A stretch of 64,000 bases of DNA from Octopus sinensis (lineage: Eukaryota): positions 77,872,001-77,936,000 of the forward strand of contig NC_043001.1 of assembly GCF_006345805.1 (NCBI RefSeq), read 5' to 3'. Position numbers and translations under genes: made by a program. Under the pieces are notes generated by a model. That model was not told the origin of the DNA. It searched no databases and saw nothing but the letters and a program-made list of their open reading frames with translations. How positions within the stretch are numbered: the first letter of the stretch is position 1; every line of letters starts with the position of its first letter. Below, one piece after another: positions 1-15,870 of the stretch.

Positions 1-201
1 ATATTCATATGCACACCATATCCGTATACTCATATATATGAATATACGTATGCATGTGCACGTGTGTATGTATAATTCTGTGCCTGTACATTACGATTGT
101 ATATGATAAACGTGCAGATACATGCATTTTGTAACGCTGTACTTTCAAACATTGTTTTCTCCTGGCCATGAGTATTGGTTTCCACCCACCAGTCATATAC
201 A

Positions 202-510
<309 letters not shown>

Positions 511-1342
511 TATATATATTAATGTTTGTTGTGTACATATGGGCCTCTGTATGTATACAGAGCATACGAGCACAGACATATACCTACGCGCGCGCACACA
601 TACATACACATAAACACAGGCATTCACACATATATAGATTCATTTATTATATTCATATGTATTGATCAGATATAATGCTGAAATGAAGTATTGCAGCTGA
701 TGACCTGATGTTTAGGGCCATTACCGTTTTGGTCACAGAAGTTTCTTATTCAAAAGCCTGGCAGGAATATATCTGAATTTCAACCTTGAGTGAGAGAGCC
801 AAAAGATCAGGATGAAGTGAGCGAGAGAAAAGAAAGTCAGTAAGACTGAGGAATAGTCTGCGCCAGAAAGACAGAGGGAGAGAGCGAAAGAAAAGTAGAG
901 AGAGAGAGAGATGTAGAAGAGAGGGGAAGGGAAAGAGACAGAGAGAGTGTGTTTTTATGTGTGCGTATGAGTATGCATGTGCAAAAGTTTGTGATTCTCA
1001 AGTTTTTCTACGCATTCGCTTGTTTTATCATATTCCTTTATCATTTTCTTATTTTGCTCGTAAATTTTTTTGTCCAATTTCTTCGATATTTTGCCTGCGA
1101 AAACTTTTATTTGTTCTCTAGTGCATGACTATTCTTTAATTGACGGAAGAGACAGTCTTTTCAGCTCTATGCCTTTCTGGTTTAGTCAATTAAACCTGCT
1201 TTTTCGCGTGGTGTATTTACTTACGAAGGAAGGATTCATGACCTGCATATAATCGGGCGGGATCGAGCGTATAAATTGTGCTGATCTTAATCTTTCGAAA
1301 CCACAACAGCAGGAGACTAATTTTAGATAAAATCGAATATGG

Positions 1343-1490
1343 GTGCGGTCATGGCTACGTGGTTAAGAAACTCGCTTTGTAACCGCTTCGTTTCGTGTTC
1401 AATCCCAGATCGCGGCATTTTTTGCTGTCCTCACTAAAGCCCCGGCAGACCAATACGTTTTAAGTGAATTTGGTTGACGGAAACCATGTT
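1343..1490 (+). mobile_element. tRNA-derived SINE, 5' part
   Basis: TGGCTACGTGGTTAAG A-box-like and GTTCAATCCC B-box-like motifs; body matches SINE copies at 6005-6430, 10335-10825 and 63335-63812. Confidence 0.6.
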
Positions 1491-1495
1491 GACAG

Positions 1496-1548
<53 letters not shown>

Positions 1549-1591
1549 ATGTATATATATATATGTATGTATATACGTACTGTATGTGTAT

Positions 1592-1649
<58 letters not shown>

Positions 1650-1934
1650 CAACATTGAGGGTAAAATTAATTAATTAATTAATCAATTTCACCAAGTATT
1701 CAGTATGCACAGGGACCATTTAAGGCGAATTCAAATTATTACATTATATAAAAGGGCTTAGTAAAATAAATTACTTTGCCGCATACTGAACTCGTTAGAA
1801 ATAGCAGCTAAAAAAACTTTTATAAAACTATTTCTAACACTTAAAGAAAACCTCTCTCATATAGTGTTTGCTCAATTCAACTCAAGGAGTATGGGGGTAG
1901 AGACATTAAAAATCAAATGCAATGCAAAGTTATT

Positions 1935-1987
1935 TGAGTACGTACGTTTCAAGATTAGTCAAAATCGACCCTTCTCTCATCAGCTCA
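1935..1987 (-). ncRNA. Minimal type I hammerhead ribozyme motif (mirror copy)
   Basis: Exact reverse complement of 2036-2088. Confidence 0.75.
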
Positions 1988-2035
1988 GAATGCCCTTGTT
2001 TGAATTTGAATTTTCAAATTCAAACAAGGGCATTC

Positions 2036-2088
2036 TGAGCTGATGAGAGAAGGGTCGATTTTGACTAATCTTGAAACGTACGTACTCA
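2036..2088 (+). ncRNA. Minimal type I hammerhead ribozyme motif
   Basis: Stem I TGAG/CTCA; core CTGATGA 2040-2046; stem II GAGA..GGTC-loop-GACT..TCTT; GAAA 2073-2076; palindromic stem III ACGTACGT; cleavage triplet GTA ending at 2084. Confidence 0.75.
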
Positions 2089-2271
2089 AATAACCTTTGC
2101 ATTTGATTTTTTAATGTCTCTACCCCCATACTTCCTTGAGTTGAATTGAGCAAACACTATATGAGAGAGGTTTTCTTTAAGTGTTAGAAATAGTTTTATA
2201 AAAAGTTTTTTTAGCTGCTATTTCTAACGAGTTCAGTATGCGGCAAAGTAATTTATTTTACTAAGCCCTTT

Positions 2272-2311
<40 letters not shown>

Positions 2312-2947
2312 GCGTGTATGTATGTATTTCTGTTTGTGTTTGTGTACATGTGTTTTTGTGAGTATATTTATGTTTGTCCCCTACCAGTTGACAACTGGTG
2401 TTCGTTGGTTTGCTTTCTCTAGACTTAGTTCGGCACTAGAGACTTATAGAATAGCTACCAGATTTAAAAAAATAAATACTGATGACAGGTTGTACAACCC
2501 TTCTAGAAGATGCCCCATCAAGGCCATGGCCGCAGTTAAATTACTGTAGCTAGTAAAGTAGTAAAGGATAAACGATAGCAAAATTTGCTCCTCAACTGCA
2601 CCGTATTTCTTTCTTATATTGACATGTTCTGCCACCCTGGATAGTCTCTTTTCTTAGATCAGTGCTATAATTCAAAAGTAATTTCAGAAGGATAAGGACA
2701 AAATCGAAAGTGATATATCCCCTTGTTTAGCCCCTTCAAATCTGTTCTGCAACAAAGCCAGTCATTTCACCCGACAGTGCGAAGCTCCAATGCGAGACAT
2801 TTGCCTCTCTGTCCTGTCTTCTTGTTAAATGTCGAAGGTTTCCGCAATCTCTGCAATTTCTTGACTGAAATGTATAAAAAATAAAAGAATCACAATTGCT
2901 CAATAAGAATCATGTGTATATATGTTGCATATATTATATATATTATA

Positions 2948-3005
<58 letters not shown>

Positions 3006-4394
3006 ATTATATTATATTATATATTTGAATTGAAATATTTAAAAATACAGGTTCAATCAAAGCGTTATATAATCAAACTAGCTTCCATTAATACATCATA
3101 TTTAGTGTATACACACACTCGATTAGCGAGTTACTGCTGTATTTTTTTCTGATATAATATCTCTTATGGACATGCTGTGTTAAAAACCCAACAATAAATT
3201 AGCCTACTTGCTGCAAAAGTAGGAGAGGTGTATTTCGTCCATTTTGTTCCTTTTCAATAGAGCATAACCATAGCAATTTCACAAGCTTGAACATTTCGCA
3301 ATCTCTGATATAGAAAATCTTTAATTAAATATTCACGAATAGTCACCCAGCGGAATAAAATTCGGCGCACGAAATCAAGGTAGTATTAAATTAAAATAGC
3401 AACCTATGTATCATATTTAATGTATACACATTGCTGAAGTATTTGTCCTGTGATAACATGTCATATAGATTTGCTGTGTTAAATAGAAATTGAATATCGA
3501 AGAGACGAACATTCGTCCCAGTAGCAGCCGAGAGCACCAAATAAATTTCGGCATTTTTGAGCCTATTGCTGGGTAATTAAGTAACACATTATATTCTGAT
3601 TTTCAAGACCAAATATTCATGACGATTTATGTACCCTACAGGTCCTTCGGTTACTTTCTGGCATCTGTCCCAGTTTATAGTTGAGAAGGTGACGTACATT
3701 CAAAGAACCCCAGTGATAACTGTTCGTCTTTTATCCAGGTGTAAGCACCCTAGGGCTATATTTAAAAAAATTCACACAGCATTTAATACGGCGTGATGTG
3801 ATCCGAGGGAAACTTCTCTGCTTTGTCTAACAGGGCCAACGATACTGGATAATGATGTATTATAAATAGATTCCGTACAATGGACAGCAACTCACTGTCA
3901 CTGATACTCACTATTATTATATGGTAGCATATAGTTTAGTTTGGAACAGGAAAGCCAAAATTTTCACTGGAGAATAGTAAATAAAAGAATGTCTGCATCA
4001 CATTCACCATAGCAAGCAGTAATGTACACTATACGTTTGTTAGTTTAGCGATATTGGTCGTAAAAACAAACGTAACTTTCAATAATCTGCTGGCACGTAG
4101 CCCTCAGTTTTTTCTATATACATATACAATAGTAATTTGAGTGTAGTAGTTTGTGGCCTTTAGAGTTACGTACTTAGACTTACACACACACTAACATATA
4201 CACACACACACACATGGAAAAATATGTTAAACACAATATGCACTTTATACCAATTGTTCCCTACCCATGTTTGCCGGCTGCTATTTACAAACTCTACAGT
4301 GACTGTTCATACTACAGTCGGATGCTTATCCACAAGAGTTCTTCAAGAAAACACTTTATTTCATTGACAATGCTCAAATGTGTGCATGTGTGTG

Positions 4395-4429
<35 letters not shown>

Positions 4430-4623
4430 CATATATATATGCACACTACAAAACAGGAAATTGGAATTTTGGTGGGTAAACTTTGACTAGCATAAATTTT
4501 GACTAAATAAACATACAGTAGCAACTGAGATTCCATTTTGGATTGTAATAATGGAATGAAGAGATGTGATTCAAGAAGAAACACCTGCGACTTACTCAAA
4601 CATGCGAGTCCATATATATATAT

Positions 4624-4658
<35 letters not shown>

Positions 4659-4670
4659 TAGATTAGATAG

Positions 4671-5383
4671 ATAGATATAACACAAAATGTTCAAATCAGG
4701 CAGACTCCGATTAAAACACACATATACGGGTTTAATTAGGATAAAATAAATAACGTCCAATCTGAAACATATTGATACATTAGAAATATAAAAGCATATG
4801 AATATTAAATATATACATGGACATATATATATATAGAGAGATACATTAAAATAATAATAATGGAATAATGGAATAAAAGCAATAATGGAAGATAGAAAAG
4901 AAGACGCTTTTAAAAATTCAAAATCTTTATATATAAAAGTGAAGTTGTGTGTCTGTCTCCTACGATTTAGATTCCTAACTACTCCCACATTTTGCGGTGC
5001 AGTTTAACCAAAACCGGGCATCTTATAGTCGTGATTCATATCGAGCCCTTCTGGGTATTAGCGCGCGTCTACGATGAGTCTACAATTTAAAAAAAAAATT
5101 TTCCATCATTTCTTCCCATTTTTAATGCATTTTTTTGCTATTATATAAGGGAAGTAACTCTCTAAAAATGCTTATATAGTTATTTCCCTTACAAACCCGA
5201 GCAACGCCGGCGATACTGCTAGTATATTATAAAATAATAGGCATTAAAAGCGTTTTAGGTAACATGTTAGGAGAAAAGAAGGGGTTCAATGTTTCAGATT
5301 GGTCGATTCCTATTTTATTCTAATTAAACCCGTATATGTATGTGTTTATCGTACCTGATTTGAACCTTTTCTGTTGTATCTAT
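4671..5383. mobile_element. TIR element (MITE-like) with ~100-bp imperfect inverted ends, interrupted by a Helitron
   Basis: 4671-4775 aligns with the reverse complement of 5285-5383 (shared GTTCAAATCAGG, CATATACGGGTTTAATTAG, CCAATCTGAAACAT). Confidence 0.6.
4924..5222 (+). mobile_element. Non-autonomous Helitron
   Basis: 5' TC, 3' CTAG, GC-rich subterminal hairpin CCGAGCAACGCCGG about 10 nt before the end, inserted between A and T with no TSD. Confidence 0.8.
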
Positions 5384-5544
5384 TATACTTGTCTAACACC
5401 TCAGGGTCCACTTGAGCACTTCTACGCCATGTTTTTCTAGAGAAAATTATAATTATATATATAATTATAATTAGGGTTCAGCTAACTGCTGAATTAATTT
5501 GATTAATATATTTTACCCTTCTATTATATATATATATATATATA

Positions 5545-5860
5545 TAATAATAAATATTAGGGAATAAATCCAAATTTACAGGGAAAAAATCAGATTTAGG
5601 ATTAAATCCAATTTTATAGTAAAATATTATAAAATATTATTAGAGACAAAACCACTATTTTGCAAAACAAACAAGGAAAGACTTAATCAATACATAAAAT
5701 TTGAAACTGACTTATTGGAAGTCCACCGGAAGATTGTCGATCAAGACAAGAAACAATTGTAGTGGCGGTTTTTTGACTATTTATTAAAATTTTATGTATT
5801 GATTAAGTCTTTCCTTGTTTGTTTTGCAAAATAGTGGTTTTGTCTCTAATAATATTTTAT
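5545..5860. mobile_element. Fold-back element with perfect 74-bp inverted arms next to (TA)n
   Basis: 5629-5702 is the exact reverse complement of 5787-5860; 84-bp spacer; unpaired extension on the left; same layout as 1645-2279. Confidence 0.7.
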
Positions 5861-5894
<34 letters not shown>

Positions 5895-6004
5895 CATATA
5901 CATACACACACACATACATACACACACACATACATACACACACACATACATACACACACGTAAATACATATTCACACACATACAAAATACATATATATGT
6001 CTCT

Positions 6005-6430
6005 CTTTCTCTTTTGCCGAACCGCTAAGTTATGGGGACGTAAACACACCACCATCGGTTGTCAAGCGATGTAGGAATGGCAAACACAGACAAACATGCA
6101 CACACACACACACACATATATACATATATACATATATATATATATATACATATATACGACGGGTTTCTTCAGTTTCCATCTAACAAATCCACTCACAAGG
6201 CATCGGTCGACCCGAGGCTATAGTAGAAGGCACTTGCCACTAGTCCTCTATAGAACGCTTTAGTCGTTTGTAAGTTGCACAAGTTTGACCCCGGTCGGTA
6301 GAGCTGCTGTAGAGCTTGGCGACACTCTCGGTGCCAATCGCCCAGTTTCGGTCTCTTTTTGATCCACGTTTGCAGTTCGGTCAGTGAGACGCACCCGGAA
6401 CCATGTGGTTGGTAAGCAATCCTGCGCCTA
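6005..6430 (-). mobile_element. tRNA-derived SINE interrupted by a Tx1 ORF2 fragment
   Basis: SINE body matches other copies up to CACTTGCC (6238) and resumes at ACCCGGAACCATGTGG (6393). Confidence 0.75.
6239..6390 (-). pseudogene. Internal ORF2 fragment of a second Tx1 family
   Basis: VSLTELQTWIKKRPKLGDWHRECRQALQQLYRPGSNLCNLQTTKAFYRGLV versus VSLTELQTWIKRRPRKGAWHLECRQALSALHQAGNAVGYSSTLAFYRGLV in the 32354 ORF; about 60% identity by eye, no stops. Confidence 0.85.
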
Positions 6431-7169
6431 TGTGCATGCATATGCACCAAAATTTTTATATTAGAGAACATTTTACTGCTATTGGAATGCAGCCATGCTG
6501 GAGCGCCGCATTGAGATGCATAGACGAATAAATTGATCCCAGTAATTATCTTTGTAAGAACCCAGTATTTATTCTATCTATCTCTTTTACCCAATAAGTA
6601 TTAGTTTCTTTTGTTTATTTTCGGAAGCATGAAGGCAAAGTCAACCTCATAGACGTAAGTTACGAGGGACGTAGAGAAATCCACACCGATTATTAAGCGG
6701 TGATGAGGAACACGCATAGATAAAAAGAATTCCCGTCCTAATATAAATTCCTGTGGATGCGCGCGTGCGTGCATGTGCGCGTGCCCTTGGGTGTGTACGG
6801 CAAACCTCTTTCAGTTTCTGTCTGCCAAATTTATCGGCGCTGTAGCAGAAATTTCCCCAAGTTGCTGCGCACTGAGATTGAATCCAAGACTGCATATTTG
6901 GAAGGCAAGCTGAACAACACAATCGCCTCTGCGCCTGTAGTGATGCATACTTTACAGGGTTAATTCTAATTTCGATCATAACCAAGGTTGTTTACATCAA
7001 GTCACTGAGAAATCATTTTAACATATTCATGTTGAGGTATCAGATACATAATTCGGTATGTTGTAACATTGTTCCTTCAATATACTACTGTGTGTATGTA
7101 ATGCATATTTGTTTATGAACGTATGTGTACATAGTTCACGTGTATAATGAACAGGATATATTAACACTA

Positions 7170-8057
7170 GAGAAAGAAGGATGAAGAAAGAAGTAGAGAG
7201 GTAGTAAGGCTAAATCGCTAATTGATAAATGAAACCTGTAAATTTGAAAGCAGAGGCATAGAAATATGGTAAAGGTCTACGATACAAAGGCGCATGATAT
7301 GTTCCTCATTCTTTGATAATATATGATAATAATGGAGGATAGAGGAAAGTTGATTGTAAAGGAACCAATTTGCTGATATATTAGGAAGTATTAAGATCAG
7401 TATAGAAGATTTCGGTATGATACCTTGACCCTTTTTGTCTTCTGTGATATGCATCCGTTTCCTTACAGGTTGTTGAGAATGGTAAGAGATGATACACACA
7501 TTATTGAATGGAGGCTGTATATAGTAAATCCCTTTCTTTTTATGGCTGGCTTGAAACCGATCGCTGAGACGGAGATCAAATAAATTGCTTACTAGAAGCT
7601 GAGATTTTAATGGAGATACTAAGTTGGAATATGGGATTAAAAAGCATGCAGATTTTTAATAATGTTTAGGACAAATGGAGAAAAATAATGGGATATAATT
7701 ATCTGATAAAGAAACCATAAAATAGTTTGATAGAGAAAGTTTCGAATATTTGTGTATAATAAACTAGTTAACGATAAAGATGAAGAAGACTGGCATGAAG
7801 GAACATTGGAAAATGTAATACTTCAGAAGGTTAAAATTAGTGTTGAAATCTTAGATAAATCGTAAAAATAAATAAGACTCCAAATATTAATATATTGACT
7901 GCATCGCTTTTGAGATATTGCAGATGAATCCTGAAATAGAAGGAAGAAGGCAGCGCAGTTTAGATTAAATAATAAAATTCAAAGAGCCAAGACCACACAC
8001 ACACACACACACATATATGCATGTGTGTATACATATATATGCATATATATATGTATG

Positions 8058-8107
<50 letters not shown>

Positions 8108-8188
8108 TAATATATTGTTTATTATATATATATATATATACGTAGACACATGCATATGTACATACGTACATACTCAAATACATATATG

Positions 8189-8239
<51 letters not shown>

Positions 8240-8520
8240 TGAGTGTGCTTCTGCGTGTGTTTATGTGAGAGTGTATGTATGTGTATTTGTATAATCTGCT
8301 AGAACGTATTAAGAATGGATAGATACGTTATTGTTATATATGAAATATTTTAATCTAAAAGTGATTTTAGTCGATTCTTTACACATAATAGAATAGGAGA
8401 GCAGATTAATTGGCTGTGGAAAATGTATACTGTAAGGAAAATAGCTTAGCATGTTATGTAAAGAATAGTCTAGAGAACATGACTGAAGAGATTAAGTAAC
8501 TTGAAATAATTCATACCAGA
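7170..8520 (+). pseudogene. Decayed R4/Dong-clade RT fragment split by a microsatellite (7995-8290)
   Basis: Remnant motifs in the expected order: SLIDK, DTKAHDM(V)PHS, FNGDTKLEYGIKKHA, MKEHWKM*YFRRLKLVLKS*INRKNK, AVENVYCKENSLACYVKNS; many stops and frameshifts. Confidence 0.6.
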
Positions 8521-8644
8521 AATAACCAAGAGGACGATAAATATTGTGTAAAATGATTTGCAACAAAACATAAAGTAAAATTATTTTGCTTAAGTAAAAT
8601 GAAGTTTAGTAAAACACGAAAATATAACTTTATATTTTACTTAT

Positions 8645-8865
8645 TTTTTTGTATCTCTTACTTCTTTCAGGTGCTGGTCTGCGACCATGCTGGGGCACCA
8701 GTCTGACGGATTTTTGTCGAAGAAATCGACACCAGGAATGATTTAGTTTGAAGTCCGGCACTTATTCTATCGGTTCCTCTCGCGGAACTACTAAGGTAAG
8801 GTGACGTATTCAAAGCGACAATGGTTGTCGAGCGGTGGGGTGACAAAGACAAAAACAATAACACA
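8645..8865 (-). mobile_element. SINE 3' half
   Basis: Matches the 3' part of the full SINE at 63335-63812. Confidence 0.6.
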
Positions 8866-9519
8866 CATACGAGGGGGTGCTGAAAAGCTCTTGGATATTT
8901 GTTTCTCGCGAAAGTCCTGGCTGGAGAGGCTCAAACTTCTGAGTTCTGTTACCGACCTTACAATAACTGAGCATAGAAAACCTGTAATAGGTGTGGATCC
9001 GAGAGGGGGAAATACTGAATAAAATCATATTTAACTGATCCTCTTGTATTTTCTTTTACCCAGAGTTCCACAGTTTTCGTTTACCGATCCACTGACAAGG
9101 GCTGTGCTATGACCAAATCTAAGAAGCAAACTTCTTACCACACAACCATTCCTGCATCTTTGAGCTCGACGAAATTTGAGCTATGTGCATAGAAAGCCGA
9201 AATGAAAGACACAAGGCAGTCTACCTCAACCAGTTACCTACTTTGTGTTTAGGAATTTGGATATGTCAATGTGGATAAATCATAGATACTTCTTTTTACT
9301 TTTTGAACATGGCCAACAATGGGGAGAGGAAGTTGATAATCTCGGCCCCAGTGCTCAAATCATGCCTGGTTTATCTACTCCGGAAGGATAAAAGTCAAAG
9401 TCTACTTCGGTGTCATTTGAAATCAATTTGTAACCGGAAGAAATACTGTTAAGCATTTTGTCCGGGGTGCTAATGATTTTGTTTGTCTATCGCATTTAAA
9501 ATCATATATAATAATGTCA

Positions 9520-10105
9520 TATTCTCCTCTACTCCAAGCACATATCCGAAATGTTGGCGTAAGGAGCGCCAGTTGATTAGATCGGTCCCAGTACGCATCT
9601 GGTACTGAATTTATCGATCCTGAAAGGATGAAAGGCAAAGTCGACCTCGGCGGAATTTGAAGTCAGACCCTTAAAGATAGGCGAAATACCTATTTCTTTA
9701 CTACCCACAAGAGGCTAAATACAGCGGGGATAAACAAGGGCAGACAAACGGATTAAGTCGATTATATTGACCTCAGTGCGTAACTGCTACTTAATTTATC
9801 AGCCCCGAAAGGATGAAAGGCAAAGTCAACCTCGGCTGAATTTGAACTCAGAACGTAACGGCAGACGAAATACCTATTTCTTTACTACCCACAAGGAGCT
9901 AAACACAGAGGAAACAAACAAGGACAGACAGACAGATTAAGTCGATTACATCGACCCCAGTGCGTAACTGGCACTTAATTTATCGACCCCGAAAGGATGA
10001 AAGGCAAAGTCGACCTCGGCGGAATTTGAGCTCAGAACGTAGCGTCAGACGAAATACCACTAAGCATTTCGACCAGCGTGCTAACGTTTCTGCCAGCTCG
10101 CCGCC
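9520..10105 (-). mobile_element. Tandem/nested SINE array: one head, two 184-bp body+tail units, then a body with a different tail
   Basis: Junctions AAAGAAATA|GGTATTTC (minus strand) at 9690/9691 and 9874/9875; head junction at 10058/10059; spacing 184 bp each. Confidence 0.85.
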
Positions 10106-10334
10106 TTAGATAATGAAATCAAATTGAAAGCTTGACTGATACTTTATTTTGCTGAGCTCGCAGGATAGAAAAAAAAAATTAAATTCGCGGAATTTCAACG
10201 CAGAATATAAAGCGATATAACTAAATAGTGCAAAGTATTTTGTTGGCAGAATTAACGATTCCATTAATTCACCGTCCTTAATAAATATTAAGATTTAAAG
10301 CATATTTGTTTGTCCGGCATATTATATGATTCTT

Positions 10335-10825
10335 TTATTATTTTACTTGTTTCAGGCTTTTGACTACGGCCATGCTGGAGCACTGACTTAAAAGGGTTTA
10401 GTTGAAGAAATCAACATCAGGACTTATTTTTTGCAAGCATAGTAATTATTTTATTGGTCACGTTTGTCGAATCCCTACGTTACGTGGGGACGTAAACACA
10501 CCAGCATCAGTTGTCAAGTGATGGTGAGGGGGGACAAGCACAAATATACCCACACATACACACAGAGAAACACACACACACACAAACACACACAGACACA
10601 GACACAGACACAGACACACACACACATACACACACACACACACAGACACACACACATATATATATATATACGACTGGGTTTCTTTCAGTTTCTGCCTACC
10701 AACCCCGCTCAGAAGGTTCTGGTCGGCCCTAGGTAATACTAGAAGACACCTACCGAAGGTGCCACAGAGTGGGACTGAACCCGGAATCATGTGGTTTAGA
10801 AGCAAACTTCTTACGACACAGCCAA
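10335..10825 (-). mobile_element. Near full-length tRNA-derived SINE with internal (CA)n
   Basis: Collinear with 63335-63812 in reverse orientation. Confidence 0.75.
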
Positions 10826-10854
10826 TCTTTCAACATGTTTCAAGTACAATATTG

Positions 10855-11060
10855 GTCTCAAATTTTTGCACAAGGCCAGCCATATTAGAAGAGGATATAC
10901 GTCGATTACATTGTGCCCAGTACTCAAATGGTACTTGTTTTTTATCGATCCCGTAGGAACGAAAGTTAAAGCCGACCTCAGCGCAATTTGAACTCAGAAC
11001 AGTCGAAACACTGCTCAGTATGTTTTCCAGCATGCTAACACTTCAGTCAGCTCACTGCTT
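10855..11060 (-). mobile_element. Diverged tRNA-derived SINE of the 9.5-10.1 kb family
   Basis: Shared CCGACCTCAGCGCAATTTGAACTCAGAAC core and GCACAAGGCCAGC tail. Confidence 0.6.
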
Positions 11061-11162
11061 TGAATTTCAGTTACAATAATCAGACAAGAAATAACTGTTT
11101 TAAGAAGAATAAGTATTTCATAAGAATTCATCCCAAAACCTCACCAGATACGTGATACTGTG

Positions 11163-11300
11163 GCATTATGCTATAACCCTCATTTAAATCTATAGGAATC
11201 TAAGTATTAATTTAGTTATGGTGTTTTCCTAATGCTAATAGATATACACTTTCCTTGGAAAATATGGGATATAAATATCTCAGCTGTTGCGGAAATGTGT
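11163..11300 (+). pseudogene. Decayed Penelope-like ORF fragment
   Basis: LCYNPH...GVFLMLIDIHFP and KYLSCCGN resemble the PLE motif WFNPP...FLxLIDKHFP...SYSCMxN. Confidence 0.45.
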
Positions 11301-11607
11301 ATTTTCTCGTAATACATATTTAATTAATATAAACCGTAAAAACATTCGACCCGAAAAATTGTCCAAAACATTGAGAAATCATACGGAATTAATAAACTAC
11401 CAGGTTCTCTATAAAAGAAATTATTTACCTAATTTCCACTGATTGAGTTGTCAAAAGTCCTGGAGGATTAAGGTCAAAGTATTTCAAAGTATGATATAAC
11501 CACAAGATACTTCTTCATGTATATCTTCAACAAGTCGCCAAGAAATTCGATACAGCTTTGCGCAGGTACATTTGCGGTTTAAAATTCAAAACTTTGCAAA
11601 ATCGTTC

Positions 11608-11704
<97 letters not shown>
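11608..11704. repeat. (TCTA)n tetranucleotide microsatellite
   Basis: Direct; similar runs at 12163-12290, 15015-15190 and 56283-56325. Confidence 0.95.
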
Positions 11705-12159
11705 CATGTGTATGTTTGCATGAGCGTTATTTTGAGAACATTAGCATCACTGGTTTTAGGTATTCGAGCGTGTAAGAACTGCATTATATGAATAGGATCT
11801 CTGTACAAAACTACATGAAATAAAGAGAAGAAAGTACTTTTTTTGTTACACATCAGGTCTTTCAAAGTTTCTTGGTGGTGGGTACATAAATTCGAAAATA
11901 TACAACGGTGTCAGCCATGCACAAGCACTCACACATAGACACGCAGGTACATACACACACACACAGGTACATACACACACACACAGGTACATACACACAC
12001 ACACAGGTACATACACACACATACATGAAGTTATGCATACAACCGATTTAACGTTTATCAGAAGAATTAATCATACTTTCGAGTAGAGTACGTGTTTATT
12101 AAACTCTAAGAGTTATGACGGTGACATCGAAGTAACTGTAACTGTCAGCCCACTTCTCA

Positions 12160-15870
<3,711 letters not shown>

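Larger units (their letters stand above)
1645..2279. mobile_element. Penelope-like pLTR fold-back element with a ~268-bp-arm palindrome, between (TA)n runs
   Basis: 1743-2010 is the reverse complement of 2013-2279 apart from a few small indels, with a 2-nt spacer. An extra ~100-bp extension lies on the left arm only. Each arm contains a hammerhead motif. Confidence 0.75.

Noticed and set aside
695-730. CTGATGA followed by a small hairpin
   Set aside because: No GAAA or helix III downstream, so not a hammerhead.
2480-2880. Minus-strand GAKQGD motif suggesting an RTE-type RT remnant
   Set aside because: Only one weak motif; cannot support it without a profile search.
5445-5472. Perfect 28-bp AT-only palindrome
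   Set aside because: Low complexity; expected near TA repeats.
8483-8515. CTGAAGA...GAAA hammerhead-like spacing
   Set aside because: No U at the cleavage triplet and no helix III; lies inside a Dong remnant.
9064-9195. Acceptor-like site followed by a 42-codon frame
   Set aside because: Contains a SINE fragment and has no convincing donor or homology.
9520-10105. Repeat array as CRISPR-like
   Set aside because: Whole 184-bp units repeat with no unique spacers; eukaryotic SINE sequence.
11941-12025. 20-bp unit repeated four times
   Set aside because: Higher-order (CA)n slippage.
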